Shown here in pieces: positions 13,075-24,985 of a DNA stretch of 64,000 nucleotides. The position numbers and the translations under genes were made by a program. Each line of letters begins with the position of its first letter. The first letter of the stretch is position 1. The stretch lies in NCBI GenBank assembly GCA_965113315.1, contig OZ220372.1; one strand, 5' to 3'. The DNA is from Podarcis vaucheri (lineage: Eukaryota). The notes beneath the pieces are model-generated. The model searched no databases, was not told where the DNA came from, and saw only the letters and a list, made by a program, of their open reading frames with translations.

Positions 13075-13430
13075 GGTAAAGGATCCCTGGACGGTTAAGT
13101 CCAGTCAAAATCAACTCTGGGTTGTGGCGCTCATCTTGCTTTCAGGCTGAGGGAGCCGGCGTTTGTCCACAGACAGCTTTCCAGGTCATGTGGCCAGCAT
13201 GACTAAACTGCTTCTGGTGCAATGGAAACTCCGTGACAGAAGCCAGAGCGCATGGAAACATCCTTTACCTTCCCGCCGGTGCGGTACCTATTTATCTACT
13301 TGCACTGGTGTGCTTTTGAACTGCTAGGTTGGCAGGAGCTGAGACTGAGCAATGGGAGCTCACCCCCATCACAGGGAATTGAACCACCGACCTTCTGATT
13401 GGCATATCCAAGAGGCTCAGTGATTTAGAC
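13075..13430 (-). mobile_element. Sauria SINE (Squam1), nearly full length
   Basis: Diagnostic blocks ggtaaaggatccctggacggttaagtccagtc, ggtcatgtggccagcatgact, ggtacctatttatctacttgcac; tRNA-related head at the right end. Confidence 0.9.
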
Positions 13431-14111
13431 TAGTTGCATGTGCTACGACTACAAATGTAGAAGCCACGGCAATGGATCCCCTCCGTGATCACAAAACTGG
13501 AGTGTAGATGCCACTCTGGCTGCATCAAAAAGTATTCTGCCTATGGGGAGGCAGGAGGAGAAGGTCCAGTTAAAGCTGCCTTAATACCAATTGCATTTAC
13601 ATGCCAATCTTTCTTTCTTTCTTTCCTGGGTGCCTGCAAAAATTCCATTGCACGAAAGGTCATGAAGTAGGGGGGACGCCAAGGCAGGAAACGAGTGAAA
13701 TCCAAATCCCGCAAATCTCCTGGCCTCTCTGCCTGCTCATACCGGTTTCCCTTCGCTAAAGCTGATTTGAAGTTCTGATCCCCAGGAAGAACAAAGGGAA
13801 GCCAGGTGACATAGCAGGAGAAGACAAGGGCAGGGTTGGGCCATGGGGTGGGGTGGGAGGAACGGAAAGAGGACTTGGTTGCACAATGCAGTCAGGGAAT
13901 CTCAAGAGCAAGGCTGCTGTCGAGCACTGCAGTTCAAATCTGGAGTTCACTGTTTCTGTGGCTTGTTTCCTCCTGACAAACATGTATCTGTAACACTGGA
14001 CATGATGCATTTTTCACAGTAAAGGGAAATGACATCCTAAACTCAGAAGAAGCAATAGGGTTAGGCACATGTGGGTGCCATAACTGAAAAATCCATCCCT
14101 GTGCATGCATT

Positions 14112-14290
14112 GGGGGTTGTAGCTCAGGGTAGAACATCTGCTTTGCATGCAGAAGATCCCAGTTTCCATTCCCAGCATCCCTAGGTAAGGGTTAGGGTGA
14201 AACCCCAGAGAGCAGCTGTCTGTCAGTGTAGACAGTACTGAGCTAGATAGCCCAATACTCTGACTGACTATAAGGCAACGTCCTATGTCC
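14112..14290 (+). mobile_element. Squam3-like tRNA-derived SINE
   Basis: A-box/B-box head (gtagctcagggtagaacatctgctttgcatgcagaag...) and body gtcagtgtagacagtactgagctagat...tataaggcaac.tcctatg. Further fragments near 345-410, 37800-37890 and 45940-46030. Confidence 0.8.
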
Positions 14291-14358
14291 ACTAGAATAA
14301 GCAAGGGCTGGAAGCTCTGGAAAGCTTGCAGGAACCCAGTTCCCCACCGGCTTGTATT

Positions 14359-14698
14359 CAGACCCTCCAAGTGTCCCTATTTTCCAGGGACTTCCCTGAT
14401 TTAGAGAAGCCGTCCTGGTTTCTGATTTGATGCCAGAATGTCCCACTTTTACCTTAAGATGTCCCTATTTTCACTGGAGAAATGTTGGAGGGTATGGAGT
14501 TATCTCACCCCCAAGCCGTCTGAAGAAAATCCTGTATAGGGAAGGTTGTTTTTTTAATGTTTATTGTTTTGTCATGCTTTTATATAGATTGGCAGAGTGG
14601 CTGGGGCAACCCAGTAAGATGTGTGGGGTATCAATAGTAAAATTATCATTGTGAAATGGGACATCCCTAATTTCATTGGAGAAATGTTGGAGTGTATG
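14359..14698. mobile_element. Non-autonomous DNA transposon of the same TIR family as 12459-12977
   Basis: Ends CAGACCCTCCAA / TTGGAGTGTATG, repeated tgtccctattttc motifs, flanks TTGTATT / TTGTACT. Confidence 0.6.
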
Positions 14699-17466
14699 TT
14701 GTACTTAGTACCTCCCAGGTTTAAAAAAGGCTGGATCCTTTGCTGGAATGAGTTTTTGCTTCCTCCAGTGTCAGGAAAAAAACAATTATGCTATCCTAAA
14801 TTGTTCCAAGCACGATTATTCAACGAGTCTAAACCCAGCTCCTCACTGTCTCCAAGAAGCGGGAGACCCAGAATTAAACCTATCTGGAAACCTGTTTGAG
14901 AGCTTTGGGCAGTTCCAAACCATACATTTAAAGCACATCCAGTGTACATTTAAAACTTATGACTTCCCCGAAAGAATCCTGGGAACTGTAGGTTTCCTAC
15001 TCACAGAGCTACAATTTGCAGAGCCCTTAACGAACTACAGTTCCCCAGATTCTTTGGGGGAAGTCATGTGCTTTCACTGTGTGTTGGGTGTGCTTTAAAT
15101 ATAAAGGTGCCAGGCAAAAACATCCTTCTTCCCTCAGGCCTTTGGCTAATTAAACAATCTATAACCTTTTAAACTGTTTGGGGGAAGTATTGTTTTGTTT
15201 GTTGCCATGTTATGTATTCATGTATTTTTACATTGAAAACTGCCCTGTGATCCTCAGAGGAAGGATGGTATAGAAATTTAATTTAAAATAAATAAAATAA
15301 ATAAATATGGCGTGGATCCACCTAAAGCACCCAGAATAGGTTTCAAAATGGGTTTGATTCCCAAGTCTCCTGCTTCTTGGAAACCATCAGGAATCGAGTC
15401 TTGGACTCATTGAATAACCGTGCTGGGAGCAGCAATTCAGGATGAGAGAATGAGGATCCTTGGGGACATTTGTGTGTGATAAAAAGGGGCGGGAAGGAGA
15501 CACAGGAAAGCTGGTGTTGAACTCAGGGTGACTCAATCGTTTTAATCTCCTGGATTAAAGCCATGGTTGGAATGCAGTTATGTGGCGGAGACCCTCTCAG
15601 CCTGGTGTGAAGTTAGGTCAGCTCCACTAGAGGTACCACTGCAGGACATCCTGCCCAAGAGGGAAAAGGAGAAGCTCAATCCAGGGCTGCCCCAGGCCTT
15701 TTGCTTGCTGAAGTGAAATGCAAAATGGTGTCCCTACCATTGTGTACAGAAGCGGACTGGACTGGCAGTTGGGTCATAATTCAACCTTGGTGAACGAGGC
15801 AGCACCCTCTATGGCTTCATTGGATAGCAGAGGCGTTTCAGGCAGGCAGGGCAGGTTCCCCCAACACCTTGCTGCCACTCCTCACCCATCAGCATCTGCT
15901 GCCTGAGGCAGCGTCCTCAATCTGCCCAATGGCCTTAACAGTTTTTAATACTGTATTTTTAAATTGTTGTAACGAGTCCCGAGATAAGATGGTGAAGGGC
16001 GGGTGAGAAATGTTGTTGTTGTTGTTGTTAGGGCCTGACTAAATCAGTCTCAAGTCTGCCACTACTTTTGCTATGGGCTGCTTTGTGTTCATTATTCCTG
16101 CCATTAGCTCTTTCCCCCTTTTTATTTCTTTGTCCTGAGTTTATTTACTTTCTAGCAATAGACTCTGCAGAAAGTTTGGTTCTGCATTTGCATAGGCCCT
16201 CAGAAGCTTCTTCAGTTTATACTTTCTCCAGAAGTTAATTCAAATTTTCAACTAGAGATCTTGCATATAAATGAAAAAAATTGCATGTGAGATATTACAG
16301 CTAGGTCTGTCTTGACTGGAAATGTCACCCAAGAAGCTTTCACACCCTGGAGCTTTTCTGTTTCCTATAGAACACAGAACGGCATTTGGGTTGGTGGGGA
16401 ATGACAGTCAATCTGTGTTGCAAGATAGAATGACCATGGAACCATATTCAGAACAGAAGACAACTCCGAAACTGGAATTCTGGAATCTACAAAAGTTGTG
16501 TAAATTATGTTTGAGCAAATTAGATGGGCTAAATAAGCATATTTGGGAACAAAGATAAGAAACGTGGTCCACTCGATGCTGTTTCTTATGAGGGAAACTG
16601 ACAACAAGCATGTACACGACACCTTGATTAAAATCTGGTAAGAGTTGCCAGGGTCCAGAAAAATATTACTCCAGGGTCACCATTTAGCCATCCCTGATGT
16701 AGTATGAAAAAAGGTTGTGGTCAAAGCTTGATAGCACCTGCAAAAGCGGTATAGGATTTTGTCTAGTCCATGACTAATATGATGAAGAGCAGTGAGATTC
16801 TGTTCTAACTGGAGAAAACTCAAAGTGCTACAGGAGTGACCGTACTGTTCTATAGTGTCTTTCATCCTGTGTTTTCAAGGCTCTGTGCTGTGTATTTAAT
16901 TAGTCACCCCAAAACAGCATCTTATAAAGCAGCGCCTGTTAAAGAGAGTGGAAAATGAGATCAGACCACAAGGACCTTAGAATTTTGTGGGGGTTTTTAA
17001 TGCAACAATATCTGGGATAATTAAATGGGACATTCCCAATTGCACAGCTTTCAAAACTACACAGAAAAAAAATAAAGAGAATTAACACATTTTGCCCGTG
17101 TTAGTAAATCTAAATAAAACTGTGCTTAAGGTCAACAACTTTGCTGGTGTGATTGAATTGCAATCTACTACTAATAAATGGATCAGATGGCTCATTGGTT
17201 GAGACTAGAAATGTATCAAAAATGGGGAGCCGATCACATATGCAGGTTGTTCATAAAGTGGCCCGAAGAGCCTCACCCTGCCACTGCAAAACCTCTGAAA
17301 GGGAGTGTATGGTTGACAGGGGTCACAATGGAGCAATCCACTTTCAGAACATATTTGCCCCTCTTTCCTCCAATGCTATGGCTTCTGGTGGGTTTGTGGT
17401 TCCGCTTTTAACAAACTCGTTCCGCGTGTCCTCCCCCAACACCCCCCTTCCTCTGCTTTCTTTAAG

Positions 17467-17732
17467 ATTGTTGAATGAAAGCGACAAGCGTCCCTTCATT
17501 GAGGAGGCGGAGCGGCTGCGAATGCAGCACAAGAAGGACCACCCTGATTACAAGTACCAGCCGCGCCGGCGGAAAAATGGCAAGGCCGCCCAGGGTGAAA
17601 ATGACAGCCAGGCCGAGGGGGAAGCTGGTGGAGCAGCTGCAATACAGGCACATTACAAGAACGCCCATTTGGACCACAGGCACCCTGGGGAAGGTTCTCC
17701 CCTGTCTGACGGGCACCCTGAACACCCCTCAG
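17467..17732 (+). CDS. SOX10: SOX10 penultimate coding exon (C-terminal half of the HMG box and following region)
   Basis: Acceptor tttaag| at 17466 and donor |gttagt at 17733. Encodes (R)[39 protein letters not shown]...HPEHPS(G), the SoxE HMG box in its SOX10 form. The first coding exon is not in the window. Confidence 0.98.
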
Positions 17733-18188
17733 GTTAGTCCCATAACACAGTTTAATCCACAGACATACCCTGAAGATCAGCAGCTGGGAATATCAGGGGT
17801 AGGCAACATGGTGTCCTCCATTTTGTTTTTTGTTTTTTGACTCCCACTCCCATTTGCCCCAACCAGCATGGCTGATGGTCAGGGATGATGGGTGTTGTAG
17901 TCTCACCTTCATCTGAGGGACATCACTTGGCTACCCCTTGTCTAACTGTAGAGTACCATCGTGAAAACAAATGGTTGATTTTGTTCCTATTTTTCTGACT
18001 TGGCATAGGCACAAGTGAGTTTGGCAACTTTTTATTTTTTAAAAAACAAACCTTCATGGTTCATCACTGCCAAAGTCTAAGGGCTATATTTAACCCAGCT
18101 GTCATTTTGTATTTCATTAGCTGCTGCCCAATTTATTTTTGCCTCATCTCTGAGGAACAATGCTAGCACAGCTTTCCGACATCTAGTG

Positions 18189-18278
18189 CAGCAGTTCTCA
18201 ACCTGTGGGTCCACAGATGTTGTTGGACTACAACTCCCATCATCCCTGAGCTCTGGACCCACAGGTTGAGAAAGGCTG
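18189..18278. mobile_element. hAT (Charlie-like) MITE nested in an older MITE, in the last SOX10 intron
   Basis: TIRs CAGCAGTTCTCAACCTGTGGGTCC / GGACCCACAGGTTGAGAAAGGCTG; perfect 8-bp TSD ATCTAGTG. Confidence 0.85.
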
Positions 18279-18543
18279 ATCTAGTGCCTTCCAGATGCTT
18301 TGGGCTCTGGCTCCCATTGACACCAGCCAGCACGGCCAATGATTAAAGGTGATGGGAGCTGCAACTCAACAACATTTGTAGGGCTTCAAGCTAGGGAGCT
18401 GCTCTAGCAGGTCTGTGCAGCGAAGGGAGACAGGTCAGCTGCTCTCTTCTTCTGCTGTGAAGTTGTTCTCTCTACTTTATCCGCGACGAGGTGGTAACTG
18501 ACATCTTCCCTCGGCTTCCTCCTATGTGGTTTTCATATCACAG

Positions 18544-19253
18544 GTCAGAGCCATGGACCTCCCACACCGCCGACCACTCCAAAGACAGAACTGCAGTCTG
18601 GTAAGGCTGACTCCAAGAGGGAGGGGCGTTCCCTTGGGGAAGGAGGAAAGCCACACATCGACTTTGGCAATGTGGATATTGGGGAGATCAGCCACGAAGT
18701 GATGTCCAACATGGAGCCCTTCGACGTCAACGAGTTTGACCAGTACCTGCCGCCGAATGGACATGCTGCTCACCCAGGTCACGTTGGAGGCTATGCCACA
18801 GCTGCTGGTTATGGCCTTGGGAGTGCCCTGGCTGCAGCCAGTGGACACTCGGCCTGGATCTCCAAGCAGCATGGAGTCTCCTTGTCTGCTGCCACATCAT
18901 CGGTGGTAGACTCCAAGGCACAAGTGAAAACAGAGGGCTCTGCTCCGGGGGCCCATTACACTGACCAGCCCTCCACTTCACAGATAGCATACACCTCTCT
19001 CAGTTTGCCCCACTATGGCTCAGCTTTCCCCTCTATATCCAGGCCTCAGTTTGACTACCCTGACCACCAGCCCTCAGGACCCTACTACGGCCACTCCAGT
19101 CAGGCTTCCGGCCTCTACTCGGCCTTCTCCTATATGGGGCCCTCCCAACGGCCCCTATACACTGCCATCTCTGACCCGGCACCTTCAGTGCCACAGTCTC
19201 ATAGCCCCACACACTGGGAGCAGCCTGTATATACGACCCTCTCGAGACCCTAG
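18544..19253 (+). CDS. SOX10: SOX10 last coding exon (K2/TAM region and C-terminal transactivation domain)
   Basis: Acceptor cacag| at 18543. Encodes [18 protein letters not shown]...[36 protein letters not shown]...VKTE...[13 protein letters not shown], with TAG at 19251-19253. Confidence 0.98.
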
Positions 19254-21181
19254 GGAACGGGGAGCAGTGACCAAAGCAGCAGCGGAAAGGCTCCGGAGAA
19301 TCAGCCCCAGAAGACGAGCCTCCGGGTCCCGAGGTCATTCGGGGTAATCCAGCCGCCAGAACCCACAGAATATCCGGGCGTGTCTATCTTGACCGCAGTT
19401 ATCGATGGCTCACCTGGCTGGAGGAAGGTTCCCAGCCACCCCCCACAATCCCAGTCCTTGATTGGCTTCCGAGGTCCCGTAGGCCTTCTAGATGAGGACG
19501 ATTCTAGGCACGGAGCAACTAGTCATGGCGGGTTTTTTTGTTTTTGTTCAGAAGATCAAGGGTTTAAAACAAAATAAAATTGAGAGATAATCCCTTCCCT
19601 TCTCTCCCCCTCCCTGAAGTTGTCCAGACCCATCATCTTGATGGTTTAGAAAGAAACACAATGGACGCAATTCTGCCACTCGCTGTGGGTGAAGGCTAGG
19701 TGGGCACCCTGGTGGGGTAATGTTACAGGTGGAGAAGTAGAATGGTGCAGCCGTCCGATATGGACCATGCTCTAGGACATTCCTGCTTCAGAGTCGCACG
19801 TGCATGAAATGTTGCTCCCCATTGGAAGACCAACCTATGCTTGCTTTTCCTGTTGATATTTGGCACCTGCGCCCACTTTCCCTTATCCATTCCATCGCCT
19901 CTCTGCTGCCTGGCTCTCTTAAGACTTAACTACACAGTACTTTGGACTCAGGAACTGCATTATATGCTCTGGACGCCTTTGCATCGCAGCATGTAAGCAT
20001 GTGCATACATGCTGGTCCCTTGGACCATAAAAATAGCAAATGGGACTGAATCCAACTTTGTTGTTATGAACATTTTGTATTCCTAGTTTATTTCCAACAC
20101 TTTGTGGCTCCCTTCTAAACTCCCCCAGCTACCTTCCTAACATGCCAGAAGATACCCTACCAAAGCCAATACTTTTCCTTCCGGCTTACAAGAGTGATTG
20201 TGTGTCTATATGTGTGTGTGTGTGCACATGTGTGTGCAGAGTGGGTGAGGGAAAGCAGAAAGATATCAGTGCCTGGAACGGTCAGTGTGGTTCTCCTATT
20301 TTCTTAAACACAGACCAAATGTGCGGGGAGAACTTCTACATGAACACAATGCTAGAACAGACATATCCTCATTCCCCCACGAGAGACAGCTCAAGGCGTT
20401 TTGGTGCCCGAGGCAGAGCATGCACATGGCTTGCCAAAAACATTATAAACTAAATCACCAATCATTTGCTCCCACTTTCCAAAATCTGCTGTGTGCCAGA
20501 GGCTGCCTCACCCTGCCTCCTGGCAGGGCCAATCCCTGTCACATGTTCAAAATTGTTAGCAGCTAAGTTCTGTCTTTGCCACAACAAGGAGGACCTTGCT
20601 GGTGTAAGTGATGTGGAATGGGCATTTAAAGAAGAAGTAGGGCTGTGCAGAATTCAGATGAACCCATGTTCACTTTTGAGTTTTTCAAATGGAGGCAGCC
20701 TCCTCAGCTAAATCAAACTTTGCCTTTATTTTCCTCTTCTCCGTGGCCCTGATGCATGCCCATTCCACAGCTTCAAAAAAGAATGAGCATGTCACTTTGA
20801 TGGCTGCCGTGACTTAAGACGGTACCCAAAACACACCCTGGAGAGGCCAGACACTGTGCAGTTGCATGAGGATAGACCCACAACTGGCCACCATGTACAT
20901 TGTGGTACTTGCTGTTGTTCCTAACCCCTTTGGATTGAGACGACTGAGGCTAACCTCCCCAAAAGTTATGAGCTTTATATATGCTTGACTCCATTTTTCT
21001 GCTATGGATGATTATCTCTTCTCCATGGTGTTTGAAAAGAACATGTAGTATGCCTGTAATCCTTGTATGCATGCAATCTATTAACTGCTCTACACCCTTA
21101 TTTATGGAAGTAGCACATCCTCCCCTGTTCCCAGCACCACAACCCTCTAGCACCATTAACTTTGCATCAAATGTATGGAAT

Positions 21182-21187
21182 AATAAA
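21182..21187 (+). terminator. SOX10: Probable SOX10 polyadenylation signal (3'UTR about 19254-21210)
   Basis: AATAAA followed by a U-rich tract (tcaatttttgtttcttctttt), with an AU-rich TTATTTAT motif near 21098. Transposon insertions resume just downstream. Confidence 0.6.
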
Positions 21188-21375
21188 CTTAAGAGGTTTC
21201 AGCTATGCGTGTCAATTTTTGTTTCTTCTTTTCTCTATCTCAATCTCAATCCCCACCCCCACCGCCCAAAAGGGGTGGAAGGAAACTATTTCTACCTACA
21301 CACACCCTTCTGGCTCACACATTTTTTTTTTTCTTATTTATATGTTAAATCTGAATCTCGCCTTTCCTCCAAGTA

Positions 21376-21598
21376 CAGTCATACCTTGGTTTTCAAACAG
21401 CTTAGTTCTTGAACGGAAGTGATTGTTCCGGTTTGCGAACTATTTTTGGAAGCCAAACGTCCGACGAAGCTTCAGTGGCTTCCGATTGGCTTCAAGAGCT
21501 TCCTGCAGCCAATCAGAAGCCATGCTTTGGTTTCCGAATGTTTTGGAAGTCGAACGGACTTCCGGAATGGATTCCATTTGACTTCCAAGGTACGACTG
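21376..21598. mobile_element. Tc1/mariner (Tigger-like) MITE
   Basis: TIRs CAGTCATACCTTGG / CCAAGGTACGACTG; TA TSDs. Confidence 0.85.
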
Positions 21599-23564
21599 TA
21601 GTGCTCAAGGTGGCTAATAGCAGTAATACATATGCAATATGAAAATGGTGTTTCATATTTCTTCCCTAAACATTGTTGAATGGGCACAAATGGTAACTAA
21701 GAACTGTCTTTGCTGGGTGACCTAAGTTCCACCCAGTTAGTTTTCAGGGATAATCCCAAATAAGATCCACGCCCTGGTCTGCATCTAATCTTTTGGCAGA
21801 AGCACCCATTCCGACCTTCTGTGGGAATGTAGTGACAGGGGACTTGACTAAGCAAACGCTGAGGTCCCTCTCAGCTAGGCATGGGCAAAACTATTCATTT
21901 CAGTTTCTCATTTTTCCTGACTTAAGTTCAGTTCTTCACATTTCCACATCAGGCCCCCAAACTGTTCGTTTTAAAGTCCTCACCAGTATTTTAGTGTTAA
22001 TTTGTCCCTGAATAAGCACATTTTTGCATACAGCTTTACCTAATACACACTTTTTTGCAAAGCAATGTCCTCTAAGTTAAAGCATTTCTGTATGTTGCTT
22101 CCATGAATATATGCATTTTTGTGCACACGGCATTGCAAAATTCAGATAAATGCAAATTTCAAAGGCAGGCTGTGTTTCAGTTTGACTATATCTTTGGGAA
22201 GTACAAATTAGGTAGACTCATCTTTAATTGTGATCTAAGCAGAATATCTCCCCCATCCATACCTGCAACTGATTCAATGCATTTGTAAGTTACACATTGC
22301 ATTAAGCGTGACTTCGTTCTGTAAGCCTCCTTCTAATCTATTCCACTGGGTAGCATCACATTCTAGTAGTACTGAAACACATACAGACAGAGAGAGAACT
22401 CAGAGTACCTGGCCTTACCATGCATAGCTCAGTTAAAGCCAAAGGTTAAGTAAAAGAGGATGCTCTGCCTCCTCCATCCCATCGCTGCCTGCACACCTCC
22501 AGCAGATTGCTTATGGCAGCAACAACCCATCCTTTGCTCCACACCACTGGCATTTCCACTCCAAACCATGATTCCTTTGTTTCAAGCCTCTGCACTACCC
22601 TTGAAGGCAACTGATACCCTCTGATCTCGGAGCTGTCATACTGCACAGTAGTCAGGAGGAGAAAGAAACACCATTTACAGAAGCTTCCCCCGGCTTTTCC
22701 ACTCCATCAGATAAAATGGTTCCACAGCCAGCCTTTCAAGATGACGAACAGACGACACATCCTTTCTTCACTCTGAAATATCTTTTTGCAAGGCCAAAGG
22801 TAGCAAAAGGTAAGAAGGGGGGGATACGCAGCCAGAGGTCACTTCAAAGAGTTAGGAAATGCCACGTTTTTGCATGACAGAGCAGACACTTTGCCCGTTT
22901 TCTGCGCGTGGGCACATGCAAAAATGCAGTAGGCGAGTGGGTTATGCATTTGGCCTGACATTATCCCGACTGGCTTTAATGGGAATCTTTGGCTCCACGC
23001 CTACAGAGGGTCTTTCCAGTTCAAATGCTTTAAATGCCCAGCCAAATTAAGCGATTTGGACCATGCCTCCATCAGGGTGCCAGAAATTGCCTAATCAAGT
23101 GAGGGGAGGTACTCTGCCTCAGTTAAGTGCCCACGTAGCCACCATTGCACCCATGGATTAAAGTGAAGAGGAGAAAGAGGATTATGAAGGGATAGGTCAG
23201 CAAGCGGAAACATGAAGAACTGCTCTTAATGTATGCATTACCCCATTTCTCTTTGTAAAAACAAGCCCAGGGCAGAGTTCCTTCATCATTTAAAAAATGC
23301 AACCTGTGTAATAAATCAGTAAGGAAATATATTATTCACAAACTTAAAACACCCAGTAAAATCTAATAATCAATTACGGCTCAAGTGCCAGGTTACCTGG
23401 GCAAATGTGGTCTTTGGCTGGCACTGGAAACTAATCAGAGTCTGTACCAGCCATGGCTACACATTCAGATGCCTTCAGACGGCAAATGAGACAGAAATTA
23501 GGATACTGCTTAATTCTAGAGGGCACTTGATCCTTCACTTTCCTGACAATAACAGATTTATTAT

Positions 23565-23697
23565 GGCATAAACTGTGGTGAACTAGAGCCCACTTCATCC
23601 GACGCATCCCCAAAGCTTATGCCAACATAAATATTAGTCTTTTAAGATCCCAAAGACTGTTTTTGCAGCAACACACTATCACGGCTACCCCTCTAGA
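23565..23697. mobile_element. Decayed Penelope-like element remnant with an inverted hammerhead segment
   Basis: ggcataaac...cccacttcatccgacgc (inverted hammerhead-like part) followed by aaagcttatgcc...ttagtct...acggctacccctct. Confidence 0.55.
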
Positions 23698-24985
23698 AGT
23701 TGCTCCCTGGATATGCAGGCAAAAGCAACAGCAGAGAAAATTGCCTTGTGGTTAAGTGCACATGAAGATGTGCCCTTGGAAAATCCAAGGCAGAGAAAAT
23801 ATTTCAAAAAGAGCGATGGAGAAAAGCCATTTTTTCAAGTTAGGAAAGATAGCTAAGAATAAAGTGCAGGTTCAAATCCTGCCTTTGCAGAAGCAGAGCT
23901 GGGATTTGGATTAGGGGAATGTGCAAAAAAGTGATGCACATGAGACCAAAGCAAAGCTGGAGAAAGAAAACCTCCCAGCCTAATTCAACTGGTCCCCAGA
24001 TTTCCCTACGAGGAAGGCTGCTTAAGAGAGCGGTGGCAGGCTCTCTTGGTCACTGACTGGCAGGAGTTAGTGCCAAAGACTCCACTTCTGTCTTCCCAGC
24101 AAAAGCAGGATTCGGCACCCACCAGCTTCCACACTGGACACAAAGGGGCTGCACGTTCCCTTTCGCAGTCTGGTGGGAGCTGGCCTAGAGTCCCTCGCTA
24201 TCCCTTTAATTGTATCTGATATAGATGTAAGGCTTGGGCTGGGGGAAGGGGGGAGCATTAAAACAAAGAAGCTTTTTTCAAAAAAGAGGACCAAGAAAAC
24301 TACTCCCGCGCTCCATTGCAGATGCCAAAATGATCGCACAAAGGCACATTTCATTACTGAAATTTCATCACGCCAACGTGATTAAACGCCAGGGGGAGCG
24401 GGGAGGACAAGGAGGCCTGTAAGCTTTAACTCCACAGATTAACCTCTTCCTGGCCAGGTTGCTGCGAGCACGCAGCACATTCCTTGTGGCTTCAGTGCCC
24501 TGCTCCTGCTGACAGCTGCTTATCATATCCCTTTAAAGCGGTCATTTCTCAAAACTGCCTCTTAAACCGCTCCCTTGATTAAATCGCCATTCGCATCTCT
24601 GCATTCCATTTTCACATGGGAAGACATTATCGAGGGGTTGCCTGAAGCAACACACAACACAGAATGAAGGCTGTTGGTAGTTGAGGGCTGCGGCTGGAGT
24701 GGGGGGATACAGCCATATCAAATCGGCCTTGTCAGATGTAGCTCAGGATTTCATGGCACCCACGGCAACTGTTGGTCACTGGCAAGGCACATATACCCTA
24801 CACTGGTCACATGGATGAGGAGTAACAGGAAGCTGCTTTAGACCGAAATCAAGGCTACTGATCCATTTAGCTCAATACCATCCCCACTGGCTGGCATTGG
24901 CTCTGCAAGGTTTCCGGCAGGAGTATTTTCCATAGCCCTTCCTGCAGATACCTGGGACAGAGCCTGGGATGTTTTGCGTGCAAAG

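Noticed and set aside
17153-17466. N-terminal part of the 194-aa ORF upstream of the SOX10 HMG exon
   Set aside because: Open intron sequence before a canonical acceptor at 17466; no SOX10 homology.
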